Assembly: GCA_964551375.1 (NCBI GenBank)
Contig: CAZKBG010000001.1
Span: forward strand, 1 to 32,000
Direction: 5' to 3'
Length of the DNA: 32,000 bases
Source: an uncultured archaeon
GTDB lineage: Archaea > Iainarchaeota > Iainarchaeia > Iainarchaeales > JAAZKV01
Positions within the stretch are counted from its first letter, which is position 1. Each line of letters opens with the position of its first letter. A program made the translations under genes and the position numbers. Positions 26,069 through 32,000 of the stretch are shown piece after piece. The notes below the pieces were generated by a model. It searched no databases and was not told where the DNA came from. It saw only the letters and a list, made by a program, of their open reading frames with translations.

Positions 26069-28801
26069 TTATTGGCTAAACCAGCCTTTGTTTTTTCTTC
26101 TAGATACTACAATGTATCCAAGAACTGCTGCTATTGCTAATAGAGCTATTAGGAAAGCAAGAAGGTTTCCATTCGCGCCAAGTCCGAATAAACCTGTTGG
26201 GGCTATTGGGGCATTTTCTCTAACTGGTGGCAGAGTGTTTACATTCATATCAGTTTCCTCTCCTTCTACTGGGGCTGGGATATTGTTTGAAGGAAGGTTA
26301 GTGTTTGGAACTCTTGGAGTAGTACTTACTACTGGCACTACTATGGGAATATTTCTATCAACTGGTCTTACTGGTGGAGTGTAAGAAGGTCCTCCTCCGC
26401 TACCCCCGCCACCTGTTGGTGGAGTAACTACTACGTTTACTGTTGCTAAAACATTTGAGTCAGTTGAAGTGTTTGATGCATTATCAACTGCTCTTGCGTA
26501 GAATGTGTAAGTTCCGTTTGCTAGTCCAGTGAACTCATAAGTTGAGCCAAGAACTGGGGTAATCCAATTATTATCACCCATTTTTACTTCGTAATAACTT
26601 ACTGAGTTATTCACATCAGATGCTGAGAATGAAAGCAGAACATTGCTTCCATTAACTGTTGCTGTGAATGAGTTCATTACTGGCGGGTTAGCCACAGTGA
26701 GATTAATATCTGCTGAAGCTGAGTTATTTGCATCATCAAATGCAACTGCTTTAACATTGTATAATCCGTCAGTTAAATTAGTTGTGTCCCAGTTAAACAA
26801 ACCTGGGGAACCAGTTACAATACCAGTTAAGATATTGTTTATGAAAAATTCTATTCTATCAATTCCTACTAAATCAAAAGCATTTGCGCTAATTTCAACT
26901 ATTCCTCTTACTATTGAATTGTTCAAAGGGCTAGTGATGCTAATGCTTGGCGCTGTGGTATCTACAACTGTTACTGTTTGAACCGTGCTGTTTGAGTTGT
27001 TGAAATCATCAGTTGCAACCCATGTAATTTCAGTCACTCCAATTTGGAATGATGTGGGTGCATTTTGAGTTACTAAAACATTACTGTCTGCAAAGTCAGA
27101 AACAATTGGTGCTCCAAAAGATATTGTTGTCAAAAACCCAGTCGCTTCAACTGTTATGTTTGCCGGAGCAGTGATGCTTGGTGCGGTAGTATCTGCTACT
27201 GTTACACTGAAGCTGCTGCTTTTTGATAATGAGTGAGAGCTTGTTGCTGAACAATTAACTACTGTTGCTCCAAGAATGAATGTGCTTCCTGAGCTTGGAG
27301 TGCATGATACTTCGATGCCTGTTAGATTTGTGTCGCTGTCAGTAGCGCTTGCAGTAAAGGTTACTACTGCTCCGCCTGTGGTATTTGCTTCAACATTAAA
27401 GTCGCTTGGCAAAGTCAAAACAGGGGGATCTGTTTCAATCACTGAAATTGTTACAACTACTTCTGTGCTTACTGCTCCAAGGCCATCCATTGCGCTGAAA
27501 TTAACATTGTACTCTAATCCGCCTTGAACACTGTTTGGGGTCCAGGAGAATGTTCCTGTTCCATTATTATTATCTGTGAAAGTTGCTCCAAGTGGTAGAG
27601 ATGATGCGGATATGCTTATTGAATCGTTTCCTGCATCAGTCGCTGTTATTGTAAAAGTTAATAATTGGTTTTCAGAAACTGATTTTGGAGTTACTGGCTC
27701 AATTATTGGGGCTGCGTTTTGGATTAAAACTACTGGCTGATCCAAATCACTGAACACAATTGTTCTTGGGGTTGAATTATAATCATCATAAGTTATGTTA
27801 GTGTCCTCATTAACATAAGTCAAGTTTGAGTCCCTTGGAATTATTTCAAAAGAAACCACTTGCTGGTTTCCAATGCTTATTGAAGGCACTGTGCAAGTAA
27901 CTGTAGTTTGAAGATTATCTGTGTTAGTTACTGCGCTGCATCCGCTTGGAAGAGAAGCTAAATTCAAATCCACTCCTCTTGGCAGAACATCAGTTATTAC
28001 AATATTTGAAGCTGCAAGAGTATTAATCTCATGTGCAATGCTTGTGAATATTGCATTCAAATCAGATGCTGTTGGAGAGAAATAATACTTGTTTGAATCG
28101 GAAGCGATTTGGGTTAATAGTTCTGGCCTTACGTCTGGGCCTAAACCAATTGTGTAAACTATTGCTCCATTATCTTTTGCAATCTGCGCCTGCTCAAGGG
28201 TATAATTGTTTGCCGCTGAGTGGGGCATTGGAACATTCGCAATCCCATCAGTAAGCAGGATTAGTATTTTCACATTTGAGCTTGAAGATATTGTGCTTGT
28301 TGCTTTATTGAGAGCGTCTCCAATAGCGGTGCTTCCATTAGCAGAAAAGCTGTCAATTTTTGTTTTAACTAGCATAAAATCATTTGTAAGGTTAGAGTCA
28401 ATCCTTGCTGAAGATGAGAAAGACACAAGAGCGACTTTATCGCGTTCAGAGTTTAGATTGTCAATGAACTCTGAGGCTGCTTGTTTTGAAATGGTTAGGT
28501 TTGTTGTTCCTGCAACGCAAGCGCCAAGTATAGTATTATAGTCAGTGCAAATTGCATAATCAGCCATGCTTATTGATCTGTCAAATGCAAGCACTGTGTC
28601 AATAGCGGCCCTAGTCACTAAAGGCGTTCCTGTGCCGTTAAGGTCAAATGTTATTGCTGCTAGCTGTCCCTGTTCAATAGTTGAGGGGCTAACAGTTTTT
28701 GAAATTGAAAGTTCAGGGGAAGCATATGCTCCTGCTGAAAAAAGAACTACAACTAAAACTACTGTGCTTAGAGCACCAAAAAACTTGCTTACTTGGCTCA
28801 T
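26069..28801 (-). CDS. Large surface-anchored protein with VWA, DUF11-like, cadherin-like, HYR and Ig-like regions
   Basis: Signal peptide MSQVSKFFGALSTVVLVVVLFSAGAYA; VWA MIDAS residues DRSIS...STAIGDAL...LLTDGIAN; HYR-type DTTAPSITAPANITVEA; Gly/Pro-rich stalk; C-terminal TM helix plus RRKNKG. Confidence 0.9.
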   Translation of the reverse strand: MSQVSKFFGALSTVVLVVVLFSAGAYASPELSISKTVSPSTIEQGQLAAITFDLNGTGTPLVTRAAIDTVLAFDRSISMADYAICTDYNTILGACVAGTTNLTISKQAASEFIDNLNSERDKVALVSFSSSARIDSNLTNDFMLVKTKIDSFSANGSTAIGDALNKATSTISSSSNVKILILLTDGIANVPMPHSAANNYTLEQAQIAKDNGAIVYTIGLGPDVRPELLTQIASDSNKYYFSPTASDLNAIFTSIAHEINTLAASNIVITDVLPRGVDLNLASLPSGCSAVTNTDNLQTTVTCTVPSISIGNQQVVSFEIIPRDSNLTYVNEDTNITYDDYNSTPRTIVFSDLDQPVVLIQNAAPIIEPVTPKSVSENQLLTFTITATDAGNDSISISASSLPLGATFTDNNNGTGTFSWTPNSVQGGLEYNVNFSAMDGLGAVSTEVVVTISVIETDPPVLTLPSDFNVEANTTGGAVVTFTASATDSDTNLTGIEVSCTPSSGSTFILGATVVNCSATSSHSLSKSSSFSVTVADTTAPSITAPANITVEATGFLTTISFGAPIVSDFADSNVLVTQNAPTSFQIGVTEITWVATDDFNNSNSTVQTVTVVDTTAPSISITSPLNNSIVRGIVEISANAFDLVGIDRIEFFINNILTGIVTGSPGLFNWDTTNLTDGLYNVKAVAFDDANNSASADINLTVANPPVMNSFTATVNGSNVLLSFSASDVNNSVSYYEVKMGDNNWITPVLGSTYEFTGLANGTYTFYARAVDNASNTSTDSNVLATVNVVVTPPTGGGGSGGGPSYTPPVRPVDRNIPIVVPVVSTTPRVPNTNLPSNNIPAPVEGEETDMNVNTLPPVRENAPIAPTGLFGLGANGNLLAFLIALLAIAAVLGYIVVSRRKNKGWFSQ

Positions 28802-28825
28802 TAGAAAACCTCCAAACTAATGCTT

Positions 28826-28839
28826 CTGGCACATGCCAG
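28826..28839 (-). promoter_or_regulatory. Short 5'-UTR hairpin (CTGGC-ATGT-GCCAG) upstream of the SD of the surface-protein gene
   Basis: Perfect inverted repeat between the TATA-like element and the GGAGG site. Confidence 0.35.
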
Positions 28840-28862
28840 CTCTATATATTCCAGCAAAAGGG

Positions 28863-28897
28863 ATATATATACTTAACTAATAACGTTAATCAGTTAA
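28863..28897 (-). promoter_or_regulatory. TATA-like element plus adjacent 25-bp imperfect palindrome
   Basis: tatatata at 28863-28870 and TTAACTAATAACGTTAATCAGTTAA (28873-28897), centred on AACGTT, upstream of the surface-protein gene. Confidence 0.45.
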
Positions 28898-29284
28898 CAA
28901 TTGCTTTTTACGGGCCATTTTCTTTATCTTTAATATCTAAAACTTAATTTAAACCCCTCTAATTTCTTTGTTTTGGCTAAAAATGGCTTTTTATTAAAAA
29001 TCAAGGTTATTAGCGCCTCAGGCCAGCAAGTATTAAGTAATAGTTTTGCCATTAAACTAACTTGTGGGAGAAAATGTCAAAATTTACTTTTGGATAATTA
29101 AAGGGCTTAGGGGGAAAGGGACTTGTGAAAATAGTAAAAGCCAGGGTTAATGGGGTTAATGTTGGTTATTGGGAGAGTTTAGTGGTCTTGCATTGGCTGT
29201 GGAGTTTCGCGAATTTATGTTAAGCGGGCGAAGTATGGATATTTTTATTAGGTTTAAAGGAAGTATTGCAACTACTACTTCCAC

Positions 29285-29349
29285 TAATAATAGTGGAAGC
29301 CTAAGTAATTGTAGTTCCGGTAATGGTTTTTGAATTTATTAGTGGTTGG
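29285..29349. repeat. Left copy of diverged direct repeat flanking the NDT-like gene
   Basis: TAATAATAGTGGAAG-N13-AGTTCC-N23-GTGGTTGG; includes part of the perfect inverted repeat CTTCCACTA-ATAA-TAGTGGAAG (29278-29299). Confidence 0.6.
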
Positions 29350-29400
29350 TGGTTTTGGGGTTGCTTTTAGTAAATTTTAGTGATTTTTGGGTGATTTGTT

Positions 29401-29778
29401 ATGAATATTTTGATTTTGGGGGCTTCGATTCAAACTCATGGGGATAGGGAGATGTATTCGGATTTAGTAAATATTTGTCTTCCTTTGGGCAAAGTAGTAT
29501 CTCCGCTTGATACTGAAAAATTTAAAGGCACAAACCAAGAACGTTATGTTAAGGCTTTAAATGACTTAAAATGGGCTGATTTCGTGATTGCTGAAGTATC
29601 TCGTCCTTCAACTGGTGTGGGTATAGAACTAGCAAATGCTGTTCTACATAAAAAGTTCATTATTTTCGTCGCAAAAAAGGGTTCAAAAGTGTCTGGGCTT
29701 GTTTTGGGACTCAAAAGTGAGCGCGAGCTCTATTTTTACGAAAATGTCTCGGATCTTGTGCTACCAATACATAAGTAA
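29401..29778 (+). CDS. Nucleoside 2-deoxyribosyltransferase-like protein
   Basis: MNILILGASIQ...ERYVKALNDLKWADFVIAEVSRPSTGVGIELANAVLHKKFIIFVAKKGSKVSGLVLG matches the NDT/DNPH1 fold motif (ADxVIAEVSxPSxGVGxEL). Confidence 0.85.
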   Translation: MNILILGASIQTHGDREMYSDLVNICLPLGKVVSPLDTEKFKGTNQERYVKALNDLKWADFVIAEVSRPSTGVGIELANAVLHKKFIIFVAKKGSKVSGLVLGLKSERELYFYENVSDLVLPIHK

Positions 29779-29837
29779 TAATAGTGGAAGAAATGCTATT
29801 AGGAGTTCCACTAATATTGGGTTTTATTTGTGGTTGG
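29776..29837. repeat. Right copy of diverged direct repeat flanking the NDT-like gene
   Basis: TAATAATAGTGGAAG-N13-AGTTCC-N20-GTGGTTGG, beginning exactly at the TAA stop of the gene. Confidence 0.6.
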
Positions 29838-30119
29838 AAGGTTATTGCTGGCGCTGATTTAATTTTTGAAGTGTCCCAAAGATTGCGGTTTTGAAGTTTG
29901 AAACATTGTGTGGATATTGTTCTAAATCACATTTTATTGGACACTAATTTCTCAATGATCTCATACATTTAGGGTGTGAATTTTTAGACTAAATTTGCTT
30001 ATTTTCGCTTTCTTCTTAAGTATTTTGCATCCTTTTGACTTATTGTCTGTTTTTACGGGGGTGGCATAGATTTATATATAACCTCTGTAGGAATTACTTA
30101 AATAACGAATTAACGTTAT

Positions 30120-31589
30120 GTGGTGAATTATATGTTGTTACCGTGGTTAACATTGTTTGACTTTAGAAGTGCTCTAACAAACTTCATAAAGCCAAATAAA
30201 ATCAACTATTCTGAAAAGAGCGATGACTTCGCAATACTTGTGCCTATTTTCAATGACACTAAGTACCTTACAAATATTGATTTCTTAAAGCGCTATCCTG
30301 GGAAAGTAGTAATTTGCACTACTGATGTTGAAACTGACAAGTTTTACGCTGATTTGGATAAAATTGTTAAAAAGTATAATTTTAGTGTAATGAAATGTCC
30401 TTTTTCTAAGGAAACTGTGAAAAATCCTTGGAAAATCTATCAAAAGACGCTTTTGGCCCATGATTATGTTCTTGGGGAGGCACTTGAGACGCTTAAAGCA
30501 AAATATGTTATATTTGTTGATGCGGACACAACTTGCAAAACTGATTTAGCTTGTCTTGCGGGCTTAATGGAGAATAAAGATCTTGATTTAGCGTCATTAA
30601 AAGTTATTCCGTCAAAAAAGAAGACAATAATGGAAAATTTGCAGTTTATCGAATATAATATTGCAATGAAGTCAAGGAAAATCTACCCTTGGTTAACAAG
30701 CGGGGCTGCAATGATTGCAAAGAGAAAAATGATACAGGGCATAATGAAAAAGCACTCTTTATTCTTTAATGGGGGCGACATTGAAATAGGGAAACTTGCG
30801 CACATGCATAATTACAAAATAGATTATATCCCTGTGACTTTTTACACTGATGTTCCGGATACACTTCCAAAACTTGTTAAACAGAGATATTCGTGGTTTT
30901 GTGGTGCGTTTAGGCATTGTATCATAAATGCTCACACAAATTTGTTTAACCCAATATATTCGTTGTATTTCACAGTGATTATATTTATCATGCTTCCGTT
31001 GAAAGTGCACGAGCTTATATTTAATTGGTATCTTTTGCCGCCGCTTGTGATATTTTATCTTGTTATGACAGTGGTTACAAATTGGGAGCTTAGAAGTAAA
31101 TATATGCTTTTGTTCCCATTTTATTCCCTGTTCCAGGTAATTGTATTTCCGTTCCTTGGGGTTTACAGGTATGTGAAGACAGTCATTAAGACAAAGAATG
31201 TTGGGTTCATTAGAAAGAAATACAAAGACGGGTATCACCCATTGAGGTATGCTTTCAACATATTTGCAATACTTGTAATAGGCTTTACAATATTCAATAT
31301 TCATTTTGTTGAAAGAAGTTTATATCTTGTAAACATTGATCTTTTGGCTCTTATTGGGGTAAGCTTTAAGGATCCTTCGGCAATATCGATGTTTTTTAAC
31401 TCTTCAAAAATGTTTGTGGTAGTTACAATAGCATTTTTGGGGGTGTGGGGATTCTTGAAGACATTCTTCCATATAAAGGAATTTCATTTGCCAAAAATCA
31501 AAATACATTATTCAAAGTTTTCAAATGAAGTGAATAAGTTCTCAAATGAGGTATCAAAATCAGTATCTTATTTGTTTAGTGTGAGGTGA
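30120..31589 (+). CDS. Processive family-2 glycosyltransferase (hyaluronan/cellulose synthase-like), membrane-bound
   Basis: YVIFVDADTTCKTDLACL (DxD), FNGGDIEIGKLAHMHNYKIDYIPVTFYTDVP, KQRYSWFCGAFRH (Q/RxxRW-like), multiple TM helices. GTG start or ATG 30132. Confidence 0.88.
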   Translation: MVNYMLLPWLTLFDFRSALTNFIKPNKINYSEKSDDFAILVPIFNDTKYLTNIDFLKRYPGKVVICTTDVETDKFYADLDKIVKKYNFSVMKCPFSKETVKNPWKIYQKTLLAHDYVLGEALETLKAKYVIFVDADTTCKTDLACLAGLMENKDLDLASLKVIPSKKKTIMENLQFIEYNIAMKSRKIYPWLTSGAAMIAKRKMIQGIMKKHSLFFNGGDIEIGKLAHMHNYKIDYIPVTFYTDVPDTLPKLVKQRYSWFCGAFRHCIINAHTNLFNPIYSLYFTVIIFIMLPLKVHELIFNWYLLPPLVIFYLVMTVVTNWELRSKYMLLFPFYSLFQVIVFPFLGVYRYVKTVIKTKNVGFIRKKYKDGYHPLRYAFNIFAILVIGFTIFNIHFVERSLYLVNIDLLALIGVSFKDPSAISMFFNSSKMFVVVTIAFLGVWGFLKTFFHIKEFHLPKIKIHYSKFSNEVNKFSNEVSKSVSYLFSVR

Positions 31590-31595
31590 AAGAGT

Positions 31596-32000
31596 ATGGG
31601 TAAAATATTAGTAGCAGGATTTGGGTTCGTAGGAAGAGCCTATTCAAAATGGCTGAGATATATTGGAAATGATGTAAACGTGTACGCAAAACCGGAGGAT
31701 TATCCAAACATGGAGAAATTCGGGTTTGTACTGCCAAGCAAGAAAGAAAAATATGATGCAGCCGTAATATGCCTCCCTACTCCAACAACAGATGGATACT
31801 GCGACACTTCAATAGTTGAAAGCGTAATGGCTGATTTGAACAAGAACTACAAGATAGCGCAGTTTGTAATCAAATCAACTGTTCCAATTGGAACAACAAG
31901 AAAGATGGAAAATGCACTTGGTAAAAGAGTGCTATTCTATCCAGAGTTCTTAGAAGCAAAGAACCCTCTTGGAGGAGTATCAAACCAAAAGATAATCGCA
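31596..32000 (+). CDS. UDP-glucose/GDP-mannose dehydrogenase family protein (partial, runs off window)
   Basis: My translation: MGKILVAGFGFVGRAYSKWLRYIGNDVNVY...DAAVICLPTPTTDGYCDTSIVESV...FVIKSTVPIGTTRKMENALGKRVLFYPEFLEAKNPLGG. Confidence 0.88.
   Translation, partial: MGKILVAGFGFVGRAYSKWLRYIGNDVNVYAKPEDYPNMEKFGFVLPSKKEKYDAAVICLPTPTTDGYCDTSIVESVMADLNKNYKIAQFVIKSTVPIGTTRKMENALGKRVLFYPEFLEAKNPLGGVSNQKIIA

Noticed and set aside
26400-28000. Internal repeat array in the surface gene
   Set aside because: Recurrent domain motifs such as DTTAPSI reflect protein HYR/Ig-like modules, not a separate DNA repeat or mobile element.
26088-28947. Plus-strand ORFs within the 910-aa surface protein
   Set aside because: Antisense ORFs produced by Thr/Val/Ser-rich codon composition.
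30759-31304. 181-aa minus-strand ORF opposite the glycosyltransferase
   Set aside because: Fully embedded antisense; His/Lys/Tyr-rich translation without domain; glycosyltransferase motifs lie on the other strand.
1-32000. CRISPR array or transposase/prophage
   Set aside because: No regularly spaced repeats, Cas, transposase, integrase or phage structural genes could be recognised.

Overview
The window looks like a chromosomal segment of a DPANN-like archaeon. I infer this from archaeal tRNA features, a bulge-helix-bulge tRNA intron, strong Shine-Dalgarno sites, TATA-like promoters and many short basic orphan proteins. Recognisable content: the 3' part of a tRNA-His 36 nt upstream of hisS; an intron-containing tRNA-Thr(GGU) absent from the ORF track; an APC-type permease; an HxlR-type regulator; an Imm1-like protein; a tRNA-dihydrouridine synthase; a large SF2 helicase with an unassigned C-terminal half; an ABC-2 exporter pair; a CotH-kinase-like membrane-anchored protein; an apt / GNAT-like / mtnP adenine-salvage cluster; a KaiC/RecA-like protein without a Walker A; TspO; a nitroreductase; a CDGSH protein; a GIY-YIG nuclease; a 910-aa VWA/Ig-like surface protein; a nucleoside 2-deoxyribosyltransferase-like gene flanked by diverged direct repeats; a processive glycosyltransferase; and a partial nucleotide-sugar dehydrogenase. 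No CRISPR array, transposase or obvious prophage was seen. I found no single convincing new multi-gene system. The best leads are the G55 T-loops shared by both tRNAs, the repeat-flanked NDT-like gene, the Imm1-like orphan, the helicase C-terminal region, two candidate structured RNAs, and three small ORFs below the track's length cutoff.
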